In this document: positions 9,688-19,745 of the stretch, piece after piece
How the letters are laid out: the number at the start of each line of letters is the position of its first letter
How positions within the stretch are numbered: position 1 is the first letter of the stretch
IMG/VR virus record: IMGVR_UViG_3300044568_004391
Location: 32,001 to 96,000 of that record
Origin: a virus
Strand: one strand, 5' to 3'
Length of the DNA stretch: 64,000 nt
The notes under the pieces: generated by a model
What the model was told of the DNA's origin: nothing
Seen by the model: the letters and a program-made list of their open reading frames with translations, nothing else
Databases searched by the model: none
Made by a program: the position numbers and the translations under genes

Positions 9688-11133
9688 ATGAAATTTGTTA
9701 AAATTTTAAAGCAACTCATTCTTGAGGCAAAAAACACAGAAGAACTATTAAACACTTATGCTTATGGTGAAAAAAAATCAGACAAAGGTAAGGTTAAAAG
9801 ATCTTTGATGACACCTGAGGAGTTGATGGTGATCATAGCTAATGACCCCACATCAAGGATTAAAGGTCTTCGACCAGAAAATGTTGTCAACCAATTATAT
9901 AACCCAACGATAAAAGATTCTCAAGATTATATTGATCTTGGTCTCGAAGCGGTTGAAAAACCTGGTGATTATACTGAATGGATCATCACACAGTTAAGGA
10001 AATTGGCGATCAAGGTGGACCAAGAGGTTCCATTCAAAGAAAACAGAGAAGCATTTGAAAGAGCCTATCAAAGGGCTAGACGTCTATTTTTTGAAGACCT
10101 ATTTAAAGTGAAACAGGATTTAATTAGATTTCATGCTAATAAAAAGACCGATAGGATTGAGAAAAAAGATATTAATCAATATGCTAACTTTGATGAATTG
10201 GAATCTGTTGTTGCATCACTACCACTAGAGACTGCAACAACAACAAGATCTGAAAGAAGAGAATCCAAAGTTCACCCTGGAGCTGAGATGGTTTTTGAAA
10301 GTCCAAATTGGGATATTATTAAAATTGAAAGACAAGACGAACTTGGAAGAGAGGCGGCTTGTTTCTATGGTGGAAATCAATTGAGAAAAGAAAGAGGAGA
10401 GACCAATTGGTGTACATCAGCACCAAATGCATCTGGACCTTTCAAAAATTACATCAGTAAAGGACCATTATTTGTTTTAATTCCAAAAGGTGGAAACACA
10501 ACGTTTGGCCCTAAAGATGTAGGAGATATTTCAGGTCTTCCTTCAAGAAGATATCAATTCCACTTTGAAGACAAACAATTTATGGATCCAGATGACAGTC
10601 AGATAGATTTGCTTGAATTTTTCGGACCGGGAGGAGAAATGGAAGAACTCAAAGAATTCTTCAGACCCTATTTTGGTAAAATATTCTTGAAGGGTGAAAA
10701 TACCAATAACAAAACTTTTAAATTGGAATATCCTTCAGGTGGAGCATCGAAGTATGCTGCAATTTATGGATTGGATACAATCATCGATTCTATTCCTGAT
10801 TCCATCACCACATTCGAAGTCATCAATAAAAGTAATACACCACTCGATCTAAAAATAGATGAAGATTTTGTGAAAAAATTCAGTAACTTAAAAGCACTTC
10901 ATTTACATAATGCGGTCTCATCACTCCCAAGTAATTTGGGTGATTTGAATCTTAAGTTCTTGGCAGTCACAAACTCAAAAAATATCGATGAAATCCCTCA
11001 ATCAGTTGACAGATTGGTTGAAGATGGAACTCTTACCTTAGCAAGTTTTGCCGGAAGCAATCCAAACTTGAAATTACCAGAAAAACTCCAAAAAGCTCTT
11101 GAAGATGGAGATATTATTGGTTATTTTGGATAA
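9688..11133 (+). CDS. Leader-bearing protein with KKDINQY/WCTS domain and C-terminal LRRs
   Basis: MKFVKILKQLILEA leader; KKDINQY; YGG...TNWCTSA; LKALHLHN...LPSNLGDL LRR-like region. Confidence 0.6.
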   Translation: MKFVKILKQLILEAKNTEELLNTYAYGEKKSDKGKVKRSLMTPEELMVIIANDPTSRIKGLRPENVVNQLYNPTIKDSQDYIDLGLEAVEKPGDYTEWIITQLRKLAIKVDQEVPFKENREAFERAYQRARRLFFEDLFKVKQDLIRFHANKKTDRIEKKDINQYANFDELESVVASLPLETATTTRSERRESKVHPGAEMVFESPNWDIIKIERQDELGREAACFYGGNQLRKERGETNWCTSAPNASGPFKNYISKGPLFVLIPKGGNTTFGPKDVGDISGLPSRRYQFHFEDKQFMDPDDSQIDLLEFFGPGGEMEELKEFFRPYFGKIFLKGENTNNKTFKLEYPSGGASKYAAIYGLDTIIDSIPDSITTFEVINKSNTPLDLKIDEDFVKKFSNLKALHLHNAVSSLPSNLGDLNLKFLAVTNSKNIDEIPQSVDRLVEDGTLTLASFAGSNPNLKLPEKLQKALEDGDIIGYFG

Positions 11134-11144
11134 AAAAGGAACCT

Positions 11145-11423
11145 ATGAACATCGATTGCGAAATTTATATCAAAAATTTTGTAACATTTTTTAACAACAA
11201 CCCAAACGATCTTCGGAATCTGATTGGTGATGTCCAAAAGGACATTTTTTATGGTAAGGTAAGGGATATGGTTCACAAGAAATGTGATGAAGGTGAAGAG
11301 TATATCCTTACGCAACAAGAACTTTTGAAGATATTGGTTGATATTCACAATCAATATTCCAAACCCAAAGACCCCGAACCTTATGTTCAGATGACAAATT
11401 TCGGTCCGTTATTTTTGAATTAA
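11145..11423 (+). CDS. Hypothetical protein
   Basis: 92 aa ORF. Confidence 0.65.
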   Translation: MNIDCEIYIKNFVTFFNNNPNDLRNLIGDVQKDIFYGKVRDMVHKKCDEGEEYILTQQELLKILVDIHNQYSKPKDPEPYVQMTNFGPLFLN

Positions 11424-11427
11424 ACCC

Positions 11428-12996
11428 ATGAAAAACTACGAGTCATTCTATTTCAAGAGTCTTGGGAACACATGTGCTTTGGAAAAAATTGAAAAGGACG
11501 AATTCTATACTCTATTCAAAGAACCTCTCCTTTTGACTAAGGTTTCTTTAAGTTGGGAGATCATTGATAATGATGATATGGTCAAACTGAAGATGTCCAT
11601 CTTCAACGAAAACAAAAGAATTGAGAGTGTATATTTTAGGAAAGAGATAAAAACTTTGGTTTTTATTTTTAAGAAAAAGACAGGTCTTTTCTATTTTGGT
11701 GAATATACAAAACCATTTAGAAAAAAGAAGATGGTCGGAACTATCAAAACTTTTCCTCAGGTATGTATGACTGACAAATTTATTGGTCAACTGAGGGTTC
11801 TTTTCAAGATGTTACAATCTTCCGATTGGAAGAAGTCTCAATTTGTGAAAGATTATGTTGTAGAATACAGAGGTATTTTGGAAGAATACCAAAACAAAGT
11901 ATTAGACTTCATTGGATACCCAAGAGAAAAGATGAGATTAACGGATTTCGTATTTCTTCTAAAACTTAGAAAGTATGATGTTAAGATTCCAAATAATTGG
12001 ACAACATTTGTTTATATGTACTTACATAAAAAAAATGTAAAATTGAACAATTATAATTTGGTTGATTGTTTCCTGATGAGAAACGATAAAATAGGAAATA
12101 TATATACCAAAAAATATAAAAAGTTTTTCAATACTGCTGACATTACTCCTTTAGATGCGATAAATATAGTCGGCAACCTTAGAATTCTGAAAAGTTTGGT
12201 CGGTCCGGATTATTTTAAAGAATATGATTTGAATGATTTAAAAGAAAATTTGCATGGTTTTTCGTTTTTTAGTAGTCAGTTCATTCAACACATAACAAAT
12301 CAGGATAGATTGAATATACATAGATATATCTTGAAGTCTTTAGAGGTTGGAAATCGTAATTTACTCTCTTTACATGATCACTTGGGTTATATTCATGAAT
12401 TACACGAAAGAATAGGCACAAGTCCAAGATTTGTATTTAAATCATTGGAGGAATTTGAGAATGAACACTATGAATTATCCAATATGGTTCATAAAATGAG
12501 AAATGGGTATATGGTTAGAAATTATGACCCTAAATTTGAAAAACTGTTTTATGATAGTTTTGATGGGTTTGAAGTTAAGTTATTGAAAAATTCAGATGAA
12601 TACGTTGAAGAATCAAACCATCAAAGAAACTGTGTAAAAACATACACAAAAGACAAAGATTGTTTCATTCTTTCCCTCAGAGATAGTGATAATAAAAGGA
12701 TTACTATTGAATATGAAAAAAGTTATAATGGGGTTATACGTAAACAAACTTACGGATTCGCAAATTCACAGGTGGATTTGAATATCTACGGAAAGGCATT
12801 ATCTACGTTGGATACAACAATAGAAAAGTATTTCAAAAAAACAGATGACTTCCAATATGAAATGATCACCAAAACAATAATAAACGAATTTTACCAATAT
12901 ACACATCCCCAAAAAATATCTTGGAAAAATTTGGAAAGGAAGGATTCTTATAGTATCTTTGAAGAAGAAAATTTCAACTTTACAACTAATTTTTAA
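11428..12996 (+). CDS. PcfJ-like domain protein
   Basis: C-terminal EESNHQRNCVKTY...ILSLR...ITIE...Q.YG..N pattern. Confidence 0.7.
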   Translation: MKNYESFYFKSLGNTCALEKIEKDEFYTLFKEPLLLTKVSLSWEIIDNDDMVKLKMSIFNENKRIESVYFRKEIKTLVFIFKKKTGLFYFGEYTKPFRKKKMVGTIKTFPQVCMTDKFIGQLRVLFKMLQSSDWKKSQFVKDYVVEYRGILEEYQNKVLDFIGYPREKMRLTDFVFLLKLRKYDVKIPNNWTTFVYMYLHKKNVKLNNYNLVDCFLMRNDKIGNIYTKKYKKFFNTADITPLDAINIVGNLRILKSLVGPDYFKEYDLNDLKENLHGFSFFSSQFIQHITNQDRLNIHRYILKSLEVGNRNLLSLHDHLGYIHELHERIGTSPRFVFKSLEEFENEHYELSNMVHKMRNGYMVRNYDPKFEKLFYDSFDGFEVKLLKNSDEYVEESNHQRNCVKTYTKDKDCFILSLRDSDNKRITIEYEKSYNGVIRKQTYGFANSQVDLNIYGKALSTLDTTIEKYFKKTDDFQYEMITKTIINEFYQYTHPQKISWKNLERKDSYSIFEEENFNFTTNF

Positions 12997-12999
12997 ACC

Positions 13000-13143
13000 A
13001 TGAAAAAAGCAGGTTCAGCTCAAGCAGGTCAGTATGTCAGTCGTGGAAAAACTGACCGTCCGGGTATTCATTCGAAATGCCGCACATCAAATCATAAACG
13101 ATCCAAGAACTATAAAAAGACATATCGAGGTCAGGGTCGATAA
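13000..13143 (+). CDS. Small basic protein ending YRGQGR (47 aa, not in ORF track)
   Basis: MKKAGS...RPGIHSK...SKNYKKTYRGQGR; stop overlaps the next start. Confidence 0.65.
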   Translation: MKKAGSAQAGQYVSRGKTDRPGIHSKCRTSNHKRSKNYKKTYRGQGR

Positions 13144-13460
13144 TGATTGAGTTTTCCGAAGTATTTCAAAGACTTTCAACAGAGTGGAACGAGGTTCCCT
13201 CTGTTTTTTATTTTCAAAACGTTGACAACGACTTTATTGGTGAATACTTAGAAAAGTCGGAAAAGGTTTTTGAGATCTCTGAATTTATAGGTTTAGAAAA
13301 ACAGATAAATGAAGTTTTACTTTCCATAAAGTCAACTTATAATATCTTTATAAAAAGAAATAAAGAACGTAATAATTTTGATATTTATTACATAACACAA
13401 AGATCAAAAGTAGATGAAGTTCTATTTCATATAAATTATAAACTAAGAAAAAAGAAATGA
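13143..13460 (+). CDS. Hypothetical protein
   Basis: 105 aa ORF, translationally coupled. Confidence 0.6.
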   Translation: MIEFSEVFQRLSTEWNEVPSVFYFQNVDNDFIGEYLEKSEKVFEISEFIGLEKQINEVLLSIKSTYNIFIKRNKERNNFDIYYITQRSKVDEVLFHINYKLRKKK

Positions 13461-13771
13461 TACAAGTTTTAACAAGAGAAGAAGTCCAACAAAAGTTGAG
13501 TAACAAGGAGACATTTATCCTCGATTTTTATGCTGACTGGTGTGGTCCATGCCGTATGTTGGGTCAAAATTTAACAGCTCTTTTGAGTGAGGAAAAAGAT
13601 TTTCCTATCTATAAATTCGATATTGAAGCGGACAGAGAATTTGCTGTCCAACACGGAGTTAGAAGTATTCCGTACATCAAATTCTTCAAAGAAGGTGAAG
13701 AGTTTAAACAAAGGGTGGGTATGGTTTCTAATCAGATCATAAAAGAAGAATATCAAAGTATGTTAAACTGA
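13457..13771 (+). CDS. trxA: Thioredoxin
   Basis: DFYADWCGPC and VRSIP motifs. Confidence 0.93.
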   Translation: MIQVLTREEVQQKLSNKETFILDFYADWCGPCRMLGQNLTALLSEEKDFPIYKFDIEADREFAVQHGVRSIPYIKFFKEGEEFKQRVGMVSNQIIKEEYQSMLN

Positions 13772-14130
13772 TGAATGGTAATTTAATTTTTGTTTACTCT
13801 ATGGAAGGTTGTCCTTGGTGTAAACTCCTTAAAGAAAAGTTGACAGAATCCAATATTGATTTTATTGATCGACCCATTGAAAAATACGATTATGAGTACG
13901 CTAAATTCAAAACCGTCACTAAGAACGATCTTGTTCCTGCGATGGTGATGATGAGGCTTCCACAAGTCCTCAAAGAAGATAGTAAGGCTGAAAAGTTAGT
14001 TTATCTCTGTCCTGACACGGACTTTAAAGACTTGGATGAAGCATTAACTAAAGTAATTGAATTTGTAAACTACCACGAACACGATCTTATTATCGACAAC
14101 GGGTCAAATAATGATCAAGTCGTTGATTAA
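13771..14130 (+). CDS. Glutaredoxin-like protein
   Basis: VYSMEGCPWC and LVP motifs. Confidence 0.8.
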   Translation: MNGNLIFVYSMEGCPWCKLLKEKLTESNIDFIDRPIEKYDYEYAKFKTVTKNDLVPAMVMMRLPQVLKEDSKAEKLVYLCPDTDFKDLDEALTKVIEFVNYHEHDLIIDNGSNNDQVVD

Positions 14131-14919
14131 TCTATCTTCAGTAATACTGTGAGTCATTTTGAAAGTCATTTCAGAGTGACTCATTTCTTTTTTATACTTT
14201 ATTCTGAAGGACTCAAAGTCGAAATCAAAGTAATCCTCAATTATATTTCTAACATACGATTCTGAATACATTAAATTATCGTAATTGACTATATCGAAAA
14301 GATCTGTTGATGTATTATATCTAAGTTGAATTATGTCATTGATATTATATCGAATTAATTCTTCTGCGATTTTATTAAGATAGTAAACAACTATCCTACC
14401 TGCTTTTGATGACAAACCGTGGTAACCATTTGAATTTTTAAATTTGGGGTTAGTCTTTACAACATATTCAGAGGTTAAAAGATGATTAGAACAATCATAT
14501 AGAGTAATACTACCATCTGTTTCAAAACTATATTTATCAAATCCATTACTCAGGAATTCAGATTCTAATATGGTTTCTTTTTTTGTTTTTGTAGTGTAAC
14601 CTCTATCACTAATATTCACGTAGAAATTAAATCTCTCGACTACTGAACCTACACCGTATTCGATATGATCTACAACACTCAAAGGGTGTTCTAATTCAAA
14701 GTCTTTACCATATTTCTCAAAAAACTTTTGAGATACTTCTCCCATATTTAATATTTCTTTACTGTCACAATTCCCTAAAACAAGGATCATTTTCGAAAAA
14801 GATAAACATTGGAGATCACATAACACTTTGTCATCCAAGAGTTCGAATTCGTCGACAACAAAGTCTACGAAGGTGTTGAGGAGGTGTATGTCTGAATATT
14901 TTGAATATACTAAATTCAT
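14104..14919 (-). CDS. Degenerate S-adenosylmethionine synthetase (MetK)-fold protein
   Basis: N- and C-terminal segments align by eye with MetK N- and C-domains, but the catalytic GHPDK and GGG motifs are missing. Confidence 0.5.
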   Translation of the reverse strand: MNLVYSKYSDIHLLNTFVDFVVDEFELLDDKVLCDLQCLSFSKMILVLGNCDSKEILNMGEVSQKFFEKYGKDFELEHPLSVVDHIEYGVGSVVERFNFYVNISDRGYTTKTKKETILESEFLSNGFDKYSFETDGSITLYDCSNHLLTSEYVVKTNPKFKNSNGYHGLSSKAGRIVVYYLNKIAEELIRYNINDIIQLRYNTSTDLFDIVNYDNLMYSESYVRNIIEDYFDFDFESFRIKYKKEMSHSEMTFKMTHSITEDRLINDLIII

Positions 14920-14967
14920 GATTAATTTTTTATAAATTTATTTAATTTAAAATAAACTATAAATAGA

Positions 14968-14992
14968 AAATGGAGGACAATGTCCTCCATTT
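14968..14992. terminator. Hairpin terminator downstream of 15014-15151
   Basis: AAATGGAGGACA-A-TGTCCTCCATTT. Confidence 0.65.
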
Positions 14993-15013
14993 CATAAATT
15001 AACCCAAGATCAA

Positions 15014-15151
15014 TTATTGAGCGTCGTTGGATTTATTGTAGTATTTCTCGACAGTCTTTTTGATAACGTCTTGGTTAGTTGACTCAGTTGTTACATTTTG
15101 TGTTTGAACATTCTGAGTTTGGTTTTGTTTATTTTTGCATCCGCAACCCAT
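15014..15151 (-). CDS. Small MGCGCK protein (45 aa, not in ORF track)
   Basis: MGCGCKNKQNQTQ...VEKYYNKSNDAQ; minus-strand TATTTAT at 15183-15189 and its own terminator. Confidence 0.65.
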   Translation of the reverse strand: MGCGCKNKQNQTQNVQTQNVTTESTNQDVIKKTVEKYYNKSNDAQ

Positions 15152-15243
15152 TTTACAATTTTTTTTTGAGGTTTATATACCTATAAATATTAAGATCTTT
15201 CTTTTAAAGTGTAAATCCTTCATATTTATAAATAAAATTTAAT

Positions 15244-16770
15244 ATGAAATTTTATGATTTTTTGATACTAGAGAATGAGAAATTTAAACAAAAGTTTGAT
15301 TCGGGAAGGTATCGTAAAATAGAGAGTATTGCTCAAAGATCTTTAGATCAAAATGATATAATTGAATTTTTGGGTGAAAATTTAGATTCACTATACGGTG
15401 ATGAACAGTTATTTGAATTGAAGGATTTGATTGTCAATTTCAAACAAGTAAAAGAATTTTTGGATAAGAAGTCTTTGAAGGAGTATAGTTCTTCAGAAGA
15501 ATTGAAACAAGCATTGAATAATTTAAAGAAAGATATGTTAAATTTGAATACATCTGCTGATGTAATTAAAGTTTACGAAGATGAAAATTATGTTTTGGTT
15601 TATCCTGAAAACTTTACCTCCGCTAAATTATATGGGGGTCTGATCAATAATCCATATTCTGTTTCCAAAGATGAAATTAAGTATTTGAAAGAAAAATTAT
15701 ATGGTGTCACTTTCTATTTAATACCCAAAAATGGTAGTGAATTTACTTACAAAATAACATATAAATTTGGAGATGAGTTTATGATATTCGACAAGGGGGG
15801 TACAAGAATCGGAATAAATCGAATTGATAGATCTATTTTACAAAAATGTAGAGACTTTGTTTACGAAAAATTCAAAAAAATAGTTAATATCTTTGAAGAT
15901 GATTATTTGAAAGAAAAATATATTGCTCTTAATTTGGAAGGTATTGAACAAAAAGCTAAACAAAATCAAGACAAACTTAGACAAGAGGACGCCTGGTTTG
16001 GAACCGATATTGGAAACAGAGCAAAGGCGGCTTTCGAATATTCTAAGGATTATCGTAATGCTGGTTTTGAAGAATTACGTGATATTTACGACTTATATTG
16101 GGACGGTTATGCTGAGTTCAGTACAGAACCTGAAGGGGAGGGTGTGGTCTTCAGAGTTTTAAACCAAGAAGAAGCGGACAACGAATCACAACAATATTGG
16201 GAAAGTTATGTTGATGATGTTGATCCGACAGAGGCATTTAGTCGAAGTTATTTAAATCATTTTCTCGATGAAGAAAAAATCAAAGAATATTTTTGGTCAC
16301 TTATGGAGGACCAAATCAAAGATGATCTCGAATCGTATTTCGAAGTTGAAGAATTACCCATCAATTCATACGACCAAAGAAAAATTGATAGGTTAAAAAG
16401 TGAAAAAGATTCCCTTCAACAGGAAATAGATAATGAAGAGATGAGTGATGAGGACATTAAAAGTCATCAAGAAAGAATAGATGAAATTGATTTGGAAATT
16501 GAAGAGATAGAAGAAAATGCTGAAAGGGAACCAACCAGTAATCAGATCGAAGAAAAAATCGATGAAGAATGGTATGATGTATCAAGGGGAAGTTTGATCG
16601 ATTGGATTGAGGATATAGGGTTGGATTTAGGGGATTTTCTAGATACTGAAGCGTTAATCAAAAATTTAATAAGTGACGGTGAATATGGTTCATCATTATC
16701 TACATATGATGGTGATTACAACTATTATAATATGGACGGAAAGGATTATTATGCTTTTAGAATTTCATGA
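15244..16770 (+). CDS. Acidic leader-bearing protein with coiled coil
   Basis: MKFYDFLILE leader; N-half resembles 9688 and 16767; TATTTATA at 15223. Confidence 0.6.
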   Translation: MKFYDFLILENEKFKQKFDSGRYRKIESIAQRSLDQNDIIEFLGENLDSLYGDEQLFELKDLIVNFKQVKEFLDKKSLKEYSSSEELKQALNNLKKDMLNLNTSADVIKVYEDENYVLVYPENFTSAKLYGGLINNPYSVSKDEIKYLKEKLYGVTFYLIPKNGSEFTYKITYKFGDEFMIFDKGGTRIGINRIDRSILQKCRDFVYEKFKKIVNIFEDDYLKEKYIALNLEGIEQKAKQNQDKLRQEDAWFGTDIGNRAKAAFEYSKDYRNAGFEELRDIYDLYWDGYAEFSTEPEGEGVVFRVLNQEEADNESQQYWESYVDDVDPTEAFSRSYLNHFLDEEKIKEYFWSLMEDQIKDDLESYFEVEELPINSYDQRKIDRLKSEKDSLQQEIDNEEMSDEDIKSHQERIDEIDLEIEEIEENAEREPTSNQIEEKIDEEWYDVSRGSLIDWIEDIGLDLGDFLDTEALIKNLISDGEYGSSLSTYDGDYNYYNMDGKDYYAFRIS

Positions 16771-17756
16771 CAAAAAATACACTCATTAAAGAAGGAAGGA
16801 GAGAAGATATACTCACCAAAGACCCTGAACAATTCAGAGTACCTTCTGAACAAGAAGTAGATACTCCTTTTCATAAAAAAACAAATTATAAATACTTAAA
16901 TTGGGTCTTCGACCAGTATAACAAAAACGAAGATTATTCATTCGAAGAATTATCCAATATAGTGGAGAGGTTCGATAAGATAAGTAAAAACCTGACCAAA
17001 AAAGACATCAACCAATACAAGGATCTTGATGAACTTTTGAATATCTTCAAATTCTACGGATCGACCAAAGAAGAAAAAAAGTCGGGAAAAAAAGTATTAC
17101 TTGACACGGATGATTTTTTGGTTATTCGACCACTCACCCGTGAAGCATCATGTTATTATGGAGCCAACACCAAATGGTGTACCTCTGCAACTGCGGAGGG
17201 TAAGAACAAATTCGAACAGTATGCTTCCACTGGAAAGTTATATTATATCATATCAAGAAAACCTTTGGATATGAAAAATTGGAATAAGGTGGCGATATAT
17301 GTAGATGATTATTATGGTGGTGAAGTCTTCTATGATAATTTGGATGTCACCATGAACAAACAACAATCAGAAGACTATCTGTCAATTTTATCTTCAGATG
17401 TAATTGAATCCATAAGAAATGATTATTCAAGCGATGAAAATCAGGATAAATGGAGAAACCTAAAAAATGTTTTATACAATTATCCATATGTAAAATTTAA
17501 ATCCAACGGTCATGTAATTGGAATGTGGGGTGAAAATGATAAGTTGAATTTTATAATTGATGATGATGAGTTTTTTGGGATTGTGGATGGAAATAAAGTT
17601 GTTTTTTATTCACAGGACAAACCTATTGTTGAAGAAATAAAAATTGATAATTTTTTGAGATCGGCCGTTTACCGAAATGTAGGAATTCCATTTAAGAATT
17701 TGGTTTATTTATCTTTTGTAAATTTTCTTGTATCTTTTATAAAGAAAATCTATTAG
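16767..17756 (+). CDS. KKDINQY/WCTS-domain protein
   Basis: KKDINQY; ASCYYGANTKWCTSA shared with 9688; leader TLIKE. Confidence 0.6.
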   Translation: MTKNTLIKEGRREDILTKDPEQFRVPSEQEVDTPFHKKTNYKYLNWVFDQYNKNEDYSFEELSNIVERFDKISKNLTKKDINQYKDLDELLNIFKFYGSTKEEKKSGKKVLLDTDDFLVIRPLTREASCYYGANTKWCTSATAEGKNKFEQYASTGKLYYIISRKPLDMKNWNKVAIYVDDYYGGEVFYDNLDVTMNKQQSEDYLSILSSDVIESIRNDYSSDENQDKWRNLKNVLYNYPYVKFKSNGHVIGMWGENDKLNFIIDDDEFFGIVDGNKVVFYSQDKPIVEEIKIDNFLRSAVYRNVGIPFKNLVYLSFVNFLVSFIKKIY

Positions 17757-17758
17757 TC

Positions 17759-18451
17759 TTGAGAAAAGAAATGTATTTACCATACAACTGGATGTTCAAA
17801 TTACCAGTTGATCTCGAACATAAAAAATATGTTCTACTAGCCACATTTCAGAAATATGATAATGATTTTGATGAACTCAAAATTTATCCTACCTTCACTG
17901 AAATTAGTTTTCATTTTGCCGATGCGATGACCATATTGAATGATGGGAAATTCTTGGCATTCAAAAACGCATTTGAATATACCACTCATAACCTTCAGAT
18001 TGACGAACTACAAGCAGGAGAAGTTCCGAGAGAATTTTATAAGATGGATGACTTCAAAGAATACGTTGAATATTCTAAGTCAACACATATGAAATACTTT
18101 GGATTGTTTGAATCATTATGGAAAAAAGTAAATTGGAGCACCCAAGTCCTGACAAAAGAAAACTTCGACATGTTGTCGTTGGGGAAAGGTTATGTTGATT
18201 TGGTTTACAGAGGTGAAAATCTTTATTTTGTGTATGAAAGAAAGATGAAGTCCCCCAAATCGAATCAATACTATGTTGAAATAAAGGCAATTAAAGACCT
18301 CAACGAAAGGAATGAAATATTACCAGTTTTGGAAGTCAGGACTGATGATTTCTTTCCACTTAATGAGTCTGTATTACCCTGTCTTCAATCAAGGATTAAC
18401 CATATAATTGAAGAGACGTTGAGAATTGATATATTCAAAAAGGTAATATGA
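17759..18451 (+). CDS. Hypothetical protein
   Basis: 230 aa ORF (PVDLEHKKYVLL). Confidence 0.65.
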   Translation: MRKEMYLPYNWMFKLPVDLEHKKYVLLATFQKYDNDFDELKIYPTFTEISFHFADAMTILNDGKFLAFKNAFEYTTHNLQIDELQAGEVPREFYKMDDFKEYVEYSKSTHMKYFGLFESLWKKVNWSTQVLTKENFDMLSLGKGYVDLVYRGENLYFVYERKMKSPKSNQYYVEIKAIKDLNERNEILPVLEVRTDDFFPLNESVLPCLQSRINHIIEETLRIDIFKKVI

Positions 18452-18849
18452 GAGAGTTAGATAAGGTTCCTTACGATGAGGAAACCGGCAAATTTTATAA
18501 ACATTTACTTACCTACGCATCAGAGGTTGGATCCATCAAGTTCGAGGTTCAAGATGTTTCGTTATGGAAAAGGAATGAATTGGAAAAGGTTAAGAACGTA
18601 TTCCAACAAGATCTCGTCGAGATAAATGAAAAAATTCAAAGATTAATGGATGATATTGTGTTGAATGATATGATCTATTCGAGCAATATGAACTTCGAGC
18701 CCATAGTCGGTCACACTTATCACCTTTATGAGAATAAAAAAGGTGAAAAATTTCTATCACTTATTGAACCGGAATTGTGGAATATGCCGTATCTTGGCAC
18801 CTACAAACTAAATTCAGACAGGAAATGGGTTTCAATAAAAAATTCTTGA
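18448..18849 (+). CDS. DUF2452-like protein
   Basis: YASEVG...FEPIVGHTYHLY...FLSLIEPELW pattern. Confidence 0.6.
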   Translation: MRELDKVPYDEETGKFYKHLLTYASEVGSIKFEVQDVSLWKRNELEKVKNVFQQDLVEINEKIQRLMDDIVLNDMIYSSNMNFEPIVGHTYHLYENKKGEKFLSLIEPELWNMPYLGTYKLNSDRKWVSIKNS

Positions 18850-18983
18850 GTGAAGCGTCAATCAAGTCGAGGTTAGAGATGGGTATGAAATTAGAAAAAA
18901 TATTCCATGCCGACTGCTTGATTTTCACAGATGAATATTCCTATAATTTGTATGAGAACTACATTAATAACAAATGGGTATGA
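18825..18983 (+). CDS. Small hypothetical protein
   Basis: MGFNKKFL... overlaps neighbours in operon fashion. Confidence 0.5.
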   Translation: MGFNKKFLSEASIKSRLEMGMKLEKIFHADCLIFTDEYSYNLYENYINNKWV

Positions 18984-19171
18984 ACTACGATAAAAAGTTG
19001 ATCAAAAAGTTGACAAGACCAATTCATATCACTTATATTAGTGACGTATATTTCAAAAACAATATGGATTTAGCTAGAAAAGAGATTCAATCAATGATCG
19101 ATGACGGACTTGTGGTTGAATCCAAATATGGAAAAGACTACTATGTATTAACGGCGAAGACAGATGGATAA
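18974..19171 (+). CDS. Small winged-helix-like hypothetical protein
   Basis: 65 aa; PIHITYIS...LVVES pattern. Confidence 0.5.
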   Translation: MGMNYDKKLIKKLTRPIHITYISDVYFKNNMDLARKEIQSMIDDGLVVESKYGKDYYVLTAKTDG

Positions 19172-19400
19172 TAAAGAAATGGTGAATCACCCGAATCATT
19201 ATGGGGGTGAAAATAACATATACGAAGCGATTAAGGTCATAGACGCTTGGGAGTTGGGGTTCTCTTTGGGTAATACAGTAAAGTACATCTCAAGAGCGGG
19301 GAAGAAGAATTCTGACAAAGAATTAGAAGACCTTAAAAAAGCAAAATGGTATTTGGATCACCATATAAAAAACTTAGAAACCAAATTAAACAATCAATAA
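19164..19400 (+). CDS. DUF3310 (SaV-like) protein
   Basis: VNHPNHY, GNTVKYISRAGKK, EDLKKAKWYL. Confidence 0.85.
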   Translation: MDNKEMVNHPNHYGGENNIYEAIKVIDAWELGFSLGNTVKYISRAGKKNSDKELEDLKKAKWYLDHHIKNLETKLNNQ

Positions 19401-19451
19401 AACCTATATAATTATTAGTTGTAATAAACCAAAAAAAAACAAGTAAAAAAA

Positions 19452-19658
19452 ATGAAAAACCTTCTTTTGATGGCTGCGATTCTTGGACTTGTATCATGTG
19501 GAACCGAAACAACTTGCGATTGTTCACCCGAATGCGCGGCGAAATGCCACGGGGATTCAGTCGTCGTTGACTCTGTCTCTTTGGACACCACAGGTATTGA
19601 GAACGTTGAAGAGCTCTTGGACACGTTGGAGACACTTCCAGCAGCGACACCCGAATAA
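19452..19658 (+). CDS. Small lipoprotein
   Basis: Lipobox LVSC after a hydrophobic signal; Cys cluster. Confidence 0.65.
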   Translation: MKNLLLMAAILGLVSCGTETTCDCSPECAAKCHGDSVVVDSVSLDTTGIENVEELLDTLETLPAATPE

Positions 19659-19694
19659 TTTTTAACCATTCGGAAAAATTAATTGAGGAGACCT

Positions 19695-19725
19695 TTTGGT
19701 TTCCTCATTTTTTTGCTTATCTTTG
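19695..19725 (+). promoter_or_regulatory. Bacteroidota-type sigma-A promoter
   Basis: TTTG(19695)-N19-TATCTTTG(19718). Confidence 0.7.
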
Positions 19726-19745
19726 TGGTATCAAAAAACACACCC

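Noticed and set aside
12231-12242. 12-nt complement (GAATGATTTAAA) of the copy-1 sRNA variable loop inside the PcfJ-like gene
   Set aside because: A short AT-rich match is plausible by chance, and I found no equivalent target for copy 2.
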